Virus record (IMG/VR): IMGVR_UViG_3300018080_000077
Coordinates: 1-36,507 of that record
Length of the DNA stretch: 36,507 nt
Strand: one strand, 5' to 3'
DNA from: a virus
The notes beneath the pieces were generated by a model. It was not told the DNA's origin. It did no database searches and saw only the letters and a list, made by a program, of their open reading frames with translations. Of this stretch, positions 1 through 7,880 are shown one piece after another. A program made the position numbers and the translations under genes. Position 1 is the stretch's first letter, and each line of letters begins with the position of its first letter.

Positions 1-123
1 ATGTGAAGCGGGTGTTTACTGTACAAAGTCTGCTGTTTTAGACTTGGCAAAAAATTTAAGTAAAGAAGGTGTTATTAAATATTACTTAGGAGACTAACCT
101 ACTGTGGCACATTCTTCTTCATC
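1..123. repeat. Terminal direct repeat, copy 1 (identical to 36385..36507)
   Basis: Direct comparison: atgtgaagcgggtgtttactgtacaaag...cattcttcttcatc occurs at both window ends, 123/123 identical. Confidence 0.97.
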
Positions 124-495
124 TGAGAATTTTTTTGAGTAGACCTTAACAACAACGCCCTTTTCTGATTCGTCTGCGGTTTTATATTTATCTTTGTAGT
201 TAGTTTTCAATAAAAACATTGTAAAACCTGGGTGTGTTTTATTAAAAAGGCCACCTTTAACTAAAAAGTTTTCTTGTTTTAATTTAGCTAGTTCAATGGC
301 TTCCGAGAACGGTTCATATTCTTTTGCTATTTTATAAAACGTCTCAAGCCTTAACTTATTATCATAAATAAAGTCGTTGAACCAAATGTGTTTTGGATCT
401 TCCATCCATTTTTTAAACTTCTTTAAAAGTTCTTCTTTTTTTGCGTCTGTCCAATAAACAGGCCTACCTATCTTTGTGTTTTTTTTAGTTTTCAT
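94..495 (-). CDS. Putative small terminase subunit (HTH type)
   Basis: 133 aa from the ATG at 495 with GGGAG SD (track start 501 is TTG). N-terminal KIGRPVYWTD...; central FSEAIELAKLKQENFLVKGGL and FLLKTNYKDKY resemble phage TerS/gp3-like families. Follows a ParB-like nuclease gene. Confidence 0.5.
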   Translation of the reverse strand: MKTKKNTKIGRPVYWTDAKKEELLKKFKKWMEDPKHIWFNDFIYDNKLRLETFYKIAKEYEPFSEAIELAKLKQENFLVKGGLFNKTHPGFTMFLLKTNYKDKYKTADESEKGVVVKVYSKKFSDEEECATVG

Positions 496-1030
496 ATTCA
501 ACTCCCATAAGCCTTATTTTTGCTTTAACTTCTTTTATCAAGTCTTCCATGCTTTTTTTATGCTTTTCCGTAAATTCAATAAGATCAGCTGCATTAGAAA
601 ATTCTATAACAAACTTCGGCTTTGTCTTTCTTTTCCTTGTATTTTCTTCTACCAGAAGGTTTTTTTCTTCGAAACCCCATTCCATCAAGTTACTAAAATC
701 AAACTGATTTGCAAGAATGTCGTCGTCCCACTCTCCTTCTAAAAGATTTGACTTTACACACAACTCCTCGACTTGTTTGTCGCTTAACATTACTGGGGAA
801 ACAAACACGTCTATCTCTTCATATCCAAGCTCCTGTAGTATCCTTGTCCTGACATGTCCTCCAATGATTGTTCCGTCTTGATTTATAAACGGCCTATCTA
901 TAAGTCCATAAGTTTTTATGTTGTTTTTTAATAGTTCGTATTGTTTTTTTCCTATTGTTCTTGGATTTTTGTCGTAGTCTTTTAGTTGCGAAATATGTCT
1001 TTTTTCCAGCTTCCAAGAAATATTATCCAT
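485..1030 (-). CDS. ParB-like nuclease domain protein
   Basis: 181 aa, ATG with GGAG SD. Motif DGTIIGGHVRTRILQELGYEEIDV resembles the ParB/Srx N-terminal fold (DGxHR...A..lG...i.v). Confidence 0.65.
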   Translation of the reverse strand: MDNISWKLEKRHISQLKDYDKNPRTIGKKQYELLKNNIKTYGLIDRPFINQDGTIIGGHVRTRILQELGYEEIDVFVSPVMLSDKQVEELCVKSNLLEGEWDDDILANQFDFSNLMEWGFEEKNLLVEENTRKRKTKPKFVIEFSNAADLIEFTEKHKKSMEDLIKEVKAKIRLMGVEYEN

Positions 1031-1244
1031 TAATGTTCTCCAACATTATTGAAACTGTTTGTTTTACTATTTTTTTTCTTTCTCTTTCAATTTTCTGTAG
1101 ATCTTCTTTTGTTATAGCTTTTTCTGCTTTTTTGTCTATTATGTTCATCCTATTCACTAGTTCTTCTAGTTTGTGTTTTTGTGTTTCTTTATTGATCTCT
1201 TTCTTTTTCTTCTTTTTTTTCTTTTTGTTCTGGTTTATGTTCAA
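1023..1244 (-). CDS. Hypothetical lysine-rich protein, start uncertain
   Basis: Track start is TTG; the first in-frame ATG is at 1148. The 5' part overlaps ORF 1189..1428 in the +1 frame across an A8 run. No clear SD. Confidence 0.3.
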   Translation of the reverse strand: MNINQNKKKKKKKKKEINKETQKHKLEELVNRMNIIDKKAEKAITKEDLQKIERERKKIVKQTVSIMLENING

Positions 1245-1428
1245 CTGCTATTACCCTCATAACTTTAGACATGTTTATCCATGCCGAGTAGTCTTTGTTT
1301 TCACTCCAAAAAACCTTGTTGTTTTTAAGCGATTCCATATATGACTCAAGTAGTGTTTCAGGGACTATCGCTTGGTATGTTTTATCATTTTCATAAAAAA
1401 ATGTAACTACAAAATTTTTCATAATCAT
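1189..1428 (-). CDS. Hypothetical protein
   Basis: 79 aa, ATG preceded by GGAG. Sits in the coupled early operon. Confidence 0.5.
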   Translation of the reverse strand: MIMKNFVVTFFYENDKTYQAIVPETLLESYMESLKNNKVFWSENKDYSAWINMSKVMRVIAVEHKPEQKEKKEEKERDQ

Positions 1429-1432
1429 ACTC

Positions 1433-1603
1433 CTATTTTTTTTTTAGTTTCTTTGCAACGCTTTTTTTACCTGCTTTTTTTGCGCTTTTACGGGCCTGCG
1501 AAAGAGATGCTGCTATAGCCTGCTTTTTTGGATGTCCAGCTTTTATCATCTCAGAGATGTTTTCTCCTATCGTTTTTTTACTATATCCTTTTTTTAGTGG
1601 CAT
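1433..1603 (-). CDS. Small basic protein (56 aa), absent from the ORF track
   Basis: My translation: [56 protein letters not shown]. The ATG at 1603 overlaps the upstream TAA (TAATG). It fills an otherwise empty 170-nt gap. Confidence 0.5.
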   Translation of the reverse strand: MPLKKGYSKKTIGENISEMIKAGHPKKQAIAASLSQARKSAKKAGKKSVAKKLKKK

Positions 1604-1911
1604 TATAGTTCTCCATTAAAACTTTCTAAAATTGCTACTTCTATTTTGTCTAGTACGTTCATAATTAAATCTTTAATCTCTAATTCTTTTTCTAAAATTT
1701 TATACATTGGGTGAGAAAGCCATTCTTGTCGTTCTTTTTCTGTTTTTATTTTGCGATTTTCTATAGGAAGTTCTTTTATCTCAGCCAATTTTTTTTCGTT
1801 TTTTTCTTTGTAAATTCTACTTATCTCGTCTTCTTTTGAGTAAACCGCTTTTTGAAGGTTTTCAATTAATTCCAATATACAAGAAAGAACGTGCTCGGCT
1901 TCAGAAGACAT
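1603..1911 (-). CDS. Hypothetical protein (helical, E/K-rich)
   Basis: 102 aa, ATG with GAGG SD, overlaps its neighbours. Confidence 0.55.
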   Translation of the reverse strand: MSSEAEHVLSCILELIENLQKAVYSKEDEISRIYKEKNEKKLAEIKELPIENRKIKTEKERQEWLSHPMYKILEKELEIKDLIMNVLDKIEVAILESFNGEL

Positions 1912-2110
1912 TTTCTACCTCTTCTTTGTAATTTTTATATTTCTCAAGTTGAACTAGATATTCAGCAATAGCTTCGACAAGCATGAAATGGTTGTGTTCA
2001 TATCTATAGGGTCTACTTACTTGAATACACTTATTCAACATCACTGTAACATTATGAAATGAGCTTTCAACTTTTTCTTTTAGCCTTTCTAATGATTCTT
2101 CTTCATTCAT
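1901..2110 (-). CDS. Hypothetical protein
   Basis: 69 aa, ATG start, 8-nt overlap with the upstream gene. Confidence 0.5.
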   Translation of the reverse strand: MNEEESLERLKEKVESSFHNVTVMLNKCIQVSRPYRYEHNHFMLVEAIAEYLVQLEKYKNYKEEVENVF

Positions 2111-2399
2111 CTATAAAATCCTTTTTTGGTTCAAAGGCTGAAAACTCGCCTTTTTCTATTTTTTCAAAACAGTGTTTTTCTAATATTTCTTTTTTATCTC
2201 TTTCAAAATAAACAAAAGATATTCTTTTTTTTTCTCCATTTAATTCGTATTGCCTATTTGGCATGTTTAACCATTTTTGACGATCTCCTTTTTTCATTAT
2301 CGCTATACCTTTTATCGTCATTCCCATTTTTGGAAAAATTAAGTCAAATGTTGCTTTTAAACACCCTGAATTTATTTCTTTATAATTTTTAATTTCCAT
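2103..2399 (-). CDS. Hypothetical protein
   Basis: 98 aa, ATG start, overlaps the stop of the RusA-like gene. Confidence 0.5.
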   Translation of the reverse strand: MEIKNYKEINSGCLKATFDLIFPKMGMTIKGIAIMKKGDRQKWLNMPNRQYELNGEKKRISFVYFERDKKEILEKHCFEKIEKGEFSAFEPKKDFIDE

Positions 2400-3051
2400 G
2401 ATTTTTCTCCAGTAGTTTTTTTATAGCCGAGAACTCTTTATTATGATTAGCAAGTTCTTTTAAAACAAGTATTACCCCTTCTATGTTTTCTATGTATTTT
2501 TTTGGATTAATGCCTTTTAAAAGTTCTAGTATAGACTCTACTTTTCTTGGAGAAAATAACCCTAGAATTTTTTTATCTTCTTCACTAAGTCGTTTGTCCA
2601 TTGTAATTACCTCTATTTCTATTTTTGGATTAAAAGAGTATTTTTTCACAAGACCAAGGGATGTTATCATCCTGTCATCCTTCCAAAGTATATCATTTCC
2701 TACGTCTAATATAAATTTTGCAAGATTATCTAAATCTGGTTTGCTTGAGTGATTTGGAATCCACAACAATGCCGTTTTTTTTGAAAGTGACAGGGTTTCT
2801 GGTATTGGCATGAAAAAGGTTAAGGTTACATACAAAGGCCCATTATATGGCAAATTAAAGTCCTTTTCGTCGATCTTGTTATTTTCGTCATATTTCAACA
2901 TCAAAATTTCGTTTCTCAATGATGCTTTGAAAAGTTCTTTTTCAAAAGTTTGCGGATCATAAGAATGTACTGCGTTTCCTTTAACAAACATTCTGTGTCT
3001 TTTTTTTGCAGTTGGTGGATGGTTTATTATTATCTTCACAGAAGGCCCCAT
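2389..3051 (-). CDS. rusA: RusA-like Holliday junction resolvase with a ~60-aa C-terminal extension
   Basis: PPTAKKRHRMF..., GPLYVTLTFFMPIP and SKPDLDNLAKFILDVGNDILWKDDRMI match the RusA pattern (P.pK.RpR / gPv.l.l.f / kPDlDNl.K.ilDal...DD). Confidence 0.65.
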   Translation of the reverse strand: MGPSVKIIINHPPTAKKRHRMFVKGNAVHSYDPQTFEKELFKASLRNEILMLKYDENNKIDEKDFNLPYNGPLYVTLTFFMPIPETLSLSKKTALLWIPNHSSKPDLDNLAKFILDVGNDILWKDDRMITSLGLVKKYSFNPKIEIEVITMDKRLSEEDKKILGLFSPRKVESILELLKGINPKKYIENIEGVILVLKELANHNKEFSAIKKLLEKNHGN

Positions 3052-4064
3052 TTTCTAAGCTCATGATCGAGCAGTGTTTTAAATCCTTTCTCCGAGAATT
3101 TTACTATCGCCATCTTACTAGACGTCGAGTTTTTATACCTGAACAATACCCCCTCTGGGCAAAGCTCTAAGACAACGCCCTTCTCCTTACACCGAACTAC
3201 CATGAAGTTTTCTACAATTTTTTTACCGTGCTCTTCGTTTGTTTCCGCATTTTGAGCGGCCGCTCTTTTTTTCTCTTTCTGTTCGTCTTCTACGACTGCA
3301 TCAATTACCCAACGCAATATCGATCGATAATCACTCTTTTTCCACTTGCTTTTCGGCGTGTCTTCCTTCCAAAGACTAAGTTTTTCATAACATTTGTTTG
3401 TGCGCTCTATACCAAATTTTTTAATAATCTTTTCGTGCTCTTCATCCGAAGTCTTTACGTGTTTTGCTCTTTCTTTCGTTGTAGCAGGAATAGTGATGGT
3501 TTTGTTTTTAGGGGCAATCCTTGTACAGCTGGGTTTTTCTTTGGGTTTTTTTAAAGATTTTTTAAGTGTGGGCGGTGAGTCCGAAGCCGAAGGCTTTGGA
3601 CGAGAGGAACCGTCAGGTTCCGGTTTTTTCTTTGGTATACCTTTAGGTATACTTTCTTTATTGTTATTACTTATATTATTATGGGGACCACTGAGTCCTT
3701 TCGAAGGGACTGTATGGTCCTTTCGAAGGGACCGTATGTTCCCTTCGTAATTAAAATTTGGATATATCTTCCTATCCCAAAGAACTCCGTTTTTCTTTGT
3801 TTCTTTTCTAACATATCCACGATCTTCTAACTTTTTTATTCTTCGTTTAACTTCTCTTGTGCAACATCTTGTCAATTCAGCAAGATATTTGTCTGAGGCG
3901 TAGCAATATCCTTTATTGCTCGAAAGTGACGCTATTCTTCCAAAAAGAATTGCCGTGCTATCATCGATTTCTGGGTCGTCTAAAATATGGCTTGGGATAA
4001 CAACAAAATAATTTGGCGAAATATTTTCATTTTTTTCTTGCTTAATAATTTCATGATTCATCAT
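3036..4064 (-). CDS. Replication initiator / replisome-organiser-like protein (N-terminal winged HTH)
   Basis: 342 aa, ATG with AGGAG SD. N-terminus FVVIPSHILDDPEIDDSTAILFGRIASLS...YCYASDKYLAELTRCCTREVKRRIKKLEDRGYV. Basic linker, then a C-terminal KSDYRSILRWVIDAV motif typical of phage DnaD/O-like organisers. Confidence 0.55.
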   Translation of the reverse strand: MMNHEIIKQEKNENISPNYFVVIPSHILDDPEIDDSTAILFGRIASLSSNKGYCYASDKYLAELTRCCTREVKRRIKKLEDRGYVRKETKKNGVLWDRKIYPNFNYEGNIRSLRKDHTVPSKGLSGPHNNISNNNKESIPKGIPKKKPEPDGSSRPKPSASDSPPTLKKSLKKPKEKPSCTRIAPKNKTITIPATTKERAKHVKTSDEEHEKIIKKFGIERTNKCYEKLSLWKEDTPKSKWKKSDYRSILRWVIDAVVEDEQKEKKRAAAQNAETNEEHGKKIVENFMVVRCKEKGVVLELCPEGVLFRYKNSTSSKMAIVKFSEKGFKTLLDHELRKWGLL

Positions 4065-4145
4065 AATGAAGCTCCTGGTTAATGATTCGTCATAAGGCCG
4101 CGATGGCTTTTCTGTCGTGGCCTGTTTTTTTTAATTCTTGCCATT

Positions 4146-4658
4146 CTAATAATCACAGGCTAAAAGTTTTCTCTTTAAAAAATCTATTGCCTCTTGTTTT
4201 GCAACTACCTTTTTTCTTCCAAAAGAATAAATTTTTATATTTGGATTTCTTTCAAACGGCAGTTCAAATCCTCTAAAAAGCTTTTTTAAATTTGTTATAC
4301 AAATAAAATTCGATTCGATACTTTTGTCTAGGTAATAAATTATTTCTTCTGGTGTGTATGTTTTTGGCCGTTTGCTCTCTTCTTTTATTTTCCACTTTCC
4401 ACTTTCGTTTTTTTCTATGTAATTACATCTTCTAAGGTCATTAAGAATGTTTGATATAGAGTCGATAGAAAGACCTAAAAAATCTTTTAGAGCTTCATAT
4501 GTTGACAAAAGATATCCATGTCTTTTGTATTGATCTATTAAAAGCAAATAAATTGCTTTGTGTCCGTCATGCAATCTTTCGTCTTCTTTTATTTCTTTTG
4601 GAAGTTTTTCGAAAAATGCTTGCGGTAAATTTGTATAAAGAGATAATATCTTACTCAT
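4146..4658 (-). CDS. Winged-helix DNA-binding protein (second initiator or regulator-like)
   Basis: 170 aa, ATG with AGGAG SD. AIYLLLIDQYKRHGYLLSTYEALKDFLGLSIDSISNILNDLRRCNYIEK looks like a wHTH. Confidence 0.45.
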   Translation of the reverse strand: MSKILSLYTNLPQAFFEKLPKEIKEDERLHDGHKAIYLLLIDQYKRHGYLLSTYEALKDFLGLSIDSISNILNDLRRCNYIEKNESGKWKIKEESKRPKTYTPEEIIYYLDKSIESNFICITNLKKLFRGFELPFERNPNIKIYSFGRKKVVAKQEAIDFLKRKLLACDY

Positions 4659-5379
4659 AGGAGCTCCTTTTGCTTTGCCTTTTGCTTTGCCTTTTGCTTT
4701 GCCTTTTGCTTTGCTTTTCGCTTTGCTTTTCGCTTTGCTTTTCGCTTTGCTTTGGCTTTGGCTTTGGTTTATCTTGGTTTTGATTTACCAGTTTACCTTT
4801 GTTTTGGTTGCCTTGGTTTTGATTTACCAGTTTACCTTGGTTTTGGTTTCCTTTAGTTACTTGGCTTCCTTTGGTTTGGCTTCCTTTGGTTGCTTGGTTT
4901 ATTTTTTGTGCTTGGCTTACTTTTGGTGCTTCTTGTTTAGTGCTTATTTTGCTCTCATTATTTGGATTATATTTGTGAGAACACCTAAAAAAACTCCTTT
5001 CACGGAGGCTCATCGTAGTAAGGCTTCTTGTTATAGGACCACTTGTTTTTCTATCGTCTGTTAGATTTATGAGGGTCTGCAAGGTTTCTTTTCCTACTTT
5101 GGTTTTTAGGTTTATAAGCATTTGTAAAGAATGTTTATTCAAGTTTTTTTCTAGTCCTTTAGGGTTTCTTAAATTGTTCATGCTTATCGGGCTAGAAAAT
5201 TTTTTAGCGATGCTGTAAAAGGTGTCGCTTTTTTTTTCTTGCGGCATCTGTGGATAAACCTCTAAATTGTTCATAACTAAAGTGATATCAGTTCTTTTAT
5301 TTTTTTTGCAGCCTTTTTTAGAATTTGCTTGAAAAAAAACGTACTTGCATTTAGAGTTTATTACGTCTGTGTCACACAA
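4651..5379 (-). CDS. Hypothetical protein with a repeat-built, basic, Q/K-rich C-terminal tail; start uncertain
   Basis: Track start is TTG; in-frame ATG at 5274. C-terminus: ...GKLVNQNQGNQNKGKLVNQNQDKPKPKPKQSEKQSEKQSEKQSKRQSKRQSKRQSKR. Confidence 0.5.
   Translation of the reverse strand: MCDTDVINSKCKYVFFQANSKKGCKKNKRTDITLVMNNLEVYPQMPQEKKSDTFYSIAKKFSSPISMNNLRNPKGLEKNLNKHSLQMLINLKTKVGKETLQTLINLTDDRKTSGPITRSLTTMSLRERSFFRCSHKYNPNNESKISTKQEAPKVSQAQKINQATKGSQTKGSQVTKGNQNQGKLVNQNQGNQNKGKLVNQNQDKPKPKPKQSEKQSEKQSEKQSKRQSKRQSKRQSKRSSYE
4666..4890. repeat. Nested tandem repeats inside a CDS
   Basis: (ccttttgctttg)x4 at 4666..4713; (cttttcgctttg)x3 at 4714..4749; (ctttgg)x3 at 4750..4767; a 27-mer at 4773..4799 repeated at 4812..4838; a 15-mer x2 at 4861..4890. 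Confidence 0.9.
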
Positions 5380-5417
5380 CGCCCAATCGTTGTCGTGTTT
5401 GTTTTAAGGAGCTTATA

Positions 5418-5636
5418 TTAGGCTCCTTTTTTTTTCTCTATTTGCTTTATTTTATCTGAAATTTCTTTGTATTCTCCAATTCTTGGAATTATATACGATT
5501 CAAAGCTTTCTGTGCATATATCCGTAATTGATTTTCTTTCAACAATCGCCATTATTTTAAGGCTATCGAAAAGACTCTTTTTTATTCTCATAGAAATGTG
5601 AACTGTTTCTTCTAATGTCTTTCTCTTTCTTCCCAT
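5418..5636 (-). CDS. Ribbon-helix-helix (Arc/CopG-like) transcriptional regulator
   Basis: 72 aa, ATG with GGAGG SD. VHISMRIKKSLFDSLKIMAIVERKSITDICTESFESYI fits a strand-helix-helix layout. First gene of the leftward operon at a divergent promoter region. Confidence 0.55.
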   Translation of the reverse strand: MGRKRKTLEETVHISMRIKKSLFDSLKIMAIVERKSITDICTESFESYIIPRIGEYKEISDKIKQIEKKKGA

Positions 5637-5704
5637 TTAAATCACCTCCTTTCTTTAAGAATACACGACACTTTCTTTTTTTTACAATTTTTTTCTTTTT
5701 TGTT

Positions 5705-5733
5705 TTGCACAAAATCCGCCTTGTGTTATTATA
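5705..5733 (+). promoter_or_regulatory. Putative sigma70-type promoter for the rightward recombination operon, with an embedded palindrome
   Basis: TTGCAC (5705..5710), 17 nt, ATTATA (5728..5733). CACAA-N8-TTGTG inverted repeat at 5708..5725. AAGGAG SD at 5762..5767 before the ATG at 5774. Confidence 0.35.
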
Positions 5734-5773
5734 AAATCATAAAACAAACACAACATACAACAAGGAGTGTGTC

Positions 5774-6397
5774 ATGGACAAACAACAACATAGTAAAAAA
5801 ATAAACGAGCTTGTAGCTGCTCTTTCAAAAGCTCAATCTTCTGTTTTAAAAGCAAAAGAAGATAGTAAGAATCCATTTTTCAAATCTAAATATGCAAACC
5901 TAGAATCTGTTTGGGATGCATGTAGAGATAGTTTGACATCAAACGGAATAGCTGTTTTTCAAACAATTGATCACGAAGACAATAAAATGATTTTAGTTAC
6001 TGTGTTAGCGCATTCTAGTGGCCAGTGGATAAAATCATTTTCACCAATACCAAACATAAAACAAGATCCGCAAAGCATTGGAAGCGCAATTACATATATG
6101 AGGCGTTATTCTCTTGCGGCAATTGTAGGCGTTGCAACTTCTGATGATGACGGAGAAGAGGCTACAAAACCATTTAGAGAAAGTCCTAAGCCAAATAAAA
6201 CAAAGATAAAAGAGCTTAAAAAGCTTCTAGAAAACGACGAAGAGTTTCGCACAAGAATAAATGATTATGTGTCTAGTTCAGGATATAATTCTATCGAAGA
6301 TTTGCCGGAAAAAGTTGTCGACAACGCTATAAAAACACTAAACAGGAAAGTTTCTGATAAAAAGACCGTCAGTCTTCCGATGCAAAAGGAGGCTTAA
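5774..6397 (+). CDS. erf: ERF-family single-strand annealing protein
   Basis: KNPFFKSKYANLESVWDACRDSL...LAHSSGQW...QSIGSAITYMRRYSLAAIVGVATSDDDGEEA matches the ERF signature (kYa.Le.v / H.sGe / GsaiTY.rRY / DDD). Confidence 0.75.
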   Translation: MDKQQHSKKINELVAALSKAQSSVLKAKEDSKNPFFKSKYANLESVWDACRDSLTSNGIAVFQTIDHEDNKMILVTVLAHSSGQWIKSFSPIPNIKQDPQSIGSAITYMRRYSLAAIVGVATSDDDGEEATKPFRESPKPNKTKIKELKKLLENDEEFRTRINDYVSSSGYNSIEDLPEKVVDNAIKTLNRKVSDKKTVSLPMQKEA

Positions 6398-6398
6398 G

Positions 6399-7256
6399 AT
6401 GAATTTACAACAAAACACCAAAGAATGGGAAAATTTTAGACGAATGAAAATAGGAGCATCAGATGCTCCTAGTATAATGGGAGTTGGGTTTCTTACTCCT
6501 TATAAATTGTGGAGGGTAAAGCTTGGCTTTGAAGAAGTAGAAAAAAACTGGGCAATGAAAAAGGGAAAAGAGTTGGAGCCTATTGCTAGAGATGCCTTTA
6601 TTAAAGAAACCGAAATTTTTGTTACCCCAAAAGTTGTTCAGCATAAAGAACTTGAGTGGATGATAGCAAGTTTAGACGGAATTTCTTTTGACGAAAAAAC
6701 AATAGTAGAAATAAAATGTGCAGGTAAGGATGATCATTCAAAGGCATTAAGTGGGATGGTGCCTGAGAAATATTATCCTCAATTACAACATCAAATGTAT
6801 GTTGTTGGACTTCAGTCAATGTATTATTATAGCTTTCACAACAATGAGGGATGTGTTGTGAAGGTTGAGAGGGATGATAAATACATAGACAGACTTTTAG
6901 AAAAAGAAGTTGAGTTTCTAAATTGTATGTTAGATTTTAGTCCTCCTGACATGATAGATAAAGATGTTGCTGTCTCTTATAAAAAAAGAGATGACGCAGA
7001 TTGGACGGATCTTGTTATTAATTACAAGGACTGTATTGAAAGAAAAAAACAAATAGAGAAAGAAGAGTCTTATTTAAAAAACCTTCTTATTAAAAGTGCC
7101 AATGGAGAGAATTGTGTAGGAAATGGGTTGAAATTAGAAAAAATTATTAGAAAAGGATCGGTTGATTATTCAAGCATTCCTGAATTAAATGGCGTTGATA
7201 TAGAAAAATATAGAAAAAAACATACTACATATTGGAAAGTTGGGTTTTTGGATTGA
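6399..7256 (+). CDS. YqaJ/lambda-Exo-like recombination exonuclease
   Basis: N-terminus QNTKEWENFRRMKIGASDAPSIMG, then ASLDG...VEIKC (PD-(D/E)xK type). GGAGG SD, directly downstream of erf. Confidence 0.8.
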   Translation: MNLQQNTKEWENFRRMKIGASDAPSIMGVGFLTPYKLWRVKLGFEEVEKNWAMKKGKELEPIARDAFIKETEIFVTPKVVQHKELEWMIASLDGISFDEKTIVEIKCAGKDDHSKALSGMVPEKYYPQLQHQMYVVGLQSMYYYSFHNNEGCVVKVERDDKYIDRLLEKEVEFLNCMLDFSPPDMIDKDVAVSYKKRDDADWTDLVINYKDCIERKKQIEKEESYLKNLLIKSANGENCVGNGLKLEKIIRKGSVDYSSIPELNGVDIEKYRKKHTTYWKVGFLD

Positions 7257-7333
7257 TGTTGAATTTTTTTTTGTTTTTATGTTAACTGAAGTTAGGAGCA
7301 TAAAATTGTTTATATGAAACTTCAGGAGAGAAT

Positions 7334-7795
7334 ATGTCATATCCAATTAAACAACCAGGTCCAGTAAAACAAGAGCCACCACTAAAAGAAGATTTTTCAA
7401 AAAAAATCTATTTTTCAAAATTATTAGTAGTAGAGCTTATCTCTAAAGTTGTTTTTCCTTTAATTAATGTTTTAGGAATGATTGCTTTATATTGTGTTGC
7501 TCCAACTTTTTTATTTCTTAATTTTACTACAACAGTTATTTTTTTGACAACATCTGTTGTTGCTGGGTTAATTTTTTTACATAATTTAATATATGTAATA
7601 AAAAAAGCAAATGAAATTTTAAAAGAAAAACACATAGACAAAAATAGAAGTAAAATAGAAGATGAAATATTAGAAAAGGTTACGTTTAGACAAGAGATGA
7701 AACAAATAGTTCAAGAAGCTGCAAGAGAATTATTAGATAATCAAATGGACGAAAAAAAAGAAGATACCTCAAAAGAAAGCCTAGAAGAGTGCTAG
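7334..7795 (+). CDS. Membrane protein with one long bilobed hydrophobic region and an acidic coiled C-terminus
   Basis: 153 aa, GGAGA SD. Roughly residues 30-90 are hydrophobic (LLVVELISKVVFPLINVLGMIALYCVAPTFLFLNFTTTVIFLTTSVVAGLIFL), followed by a K/E-rich tail. Confidence 0.6.
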   Translation: MSYPIKQPGPVKQEPPLKEDFSKKIYFSKLLVVELISKVVFPLINVLGMIALYCVAPTFLFLNFTTTVIFLTTSVVAGLIFLHNLIYVIKKANEILKEKHIDKNRSKIEDEILEKVTFRQEMKQIVQEAARELLDNQMDEKKEDTSKESLEEC

Positions 7796-7840
7796 TCAAA
7801 AAAATTAAAAATTATTAGCAGTCTATTTATAAATAGTTTT

Positions 7841-7868
7841 ACCCCCATAAAGCGTTGGGGGTTTTTTT
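7841..7868 (+). terminator. Rho-independent terminator of the rightward operon
   Basis: acCCCCataaagcgttGGGGGttttttt: 5-bp GC stem followed by T7, 46 nt after the stop at 7795. Confidence 0.6.
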
Positions 7869-7880
7869 ACAAGAGAACAG

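Noticed and set aside
1140-1250. Programmed -1 ribosomal frameshift at the A8 run
   Set aside because: The downstream ORF is in the +1 (not -1) frame relative to the upstream one, so a classical -1 slippery-site mechanism does not connect them. It is kept only as a homopolymer/indel caveat.
2103-2399. Possible SpoVG-like fold for the 98-aa early protein
   Set aside because: There is only a vague resemblance in beta-strand pattern and no conserved motif that I can align with confidence.
4096-4132. Hairpin GGCCGCG...CGTGGCC followed by T8 on the plus strand between two minus-strand genes
   Set aside because: It looks like an intrinsic terminator only for plus-strand transcription, and no plus-strand gene lies upstream. 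On the coding (minus) strand there is no downstream U-tract. Function is unclear, so it is not called.
476-5064. Plus-strand track ORFs antisense to the early operon (476..742, 955..1344, 2126..2392, 2483..2752, 3228..3554, 3394..3750, 4082..4276, 4675..5064)
   Set aside because: They are F/L/S-rich translations of poly-T/AT-rich antisense sequence, lack an SD, and are fully covered by coupled minus-strand genes with recognisable domains. They are treated as spurious.
5406-5435. Hairpin AAGGAGC...GCTCCTT plus T9 overlapping the 3' end of the RHH gene
   Set aside because: The T-run is on the non-coding strand, and the A-run simply encodes the KKK C-terminus. It could dampen antisense transcription, but nothing in the sequence supports this.
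7257-7333. 8-bp inverted repeat CTGAAGTT...AACTTCAG just upstream of the 7334 start, as a possible riboswitch or attenuator
   Set aside because: It is a single short stem with a 23-nt AT-rich loop and no conserved riboswitch features. It may modestly occlude the SD, but that is too weak to call.
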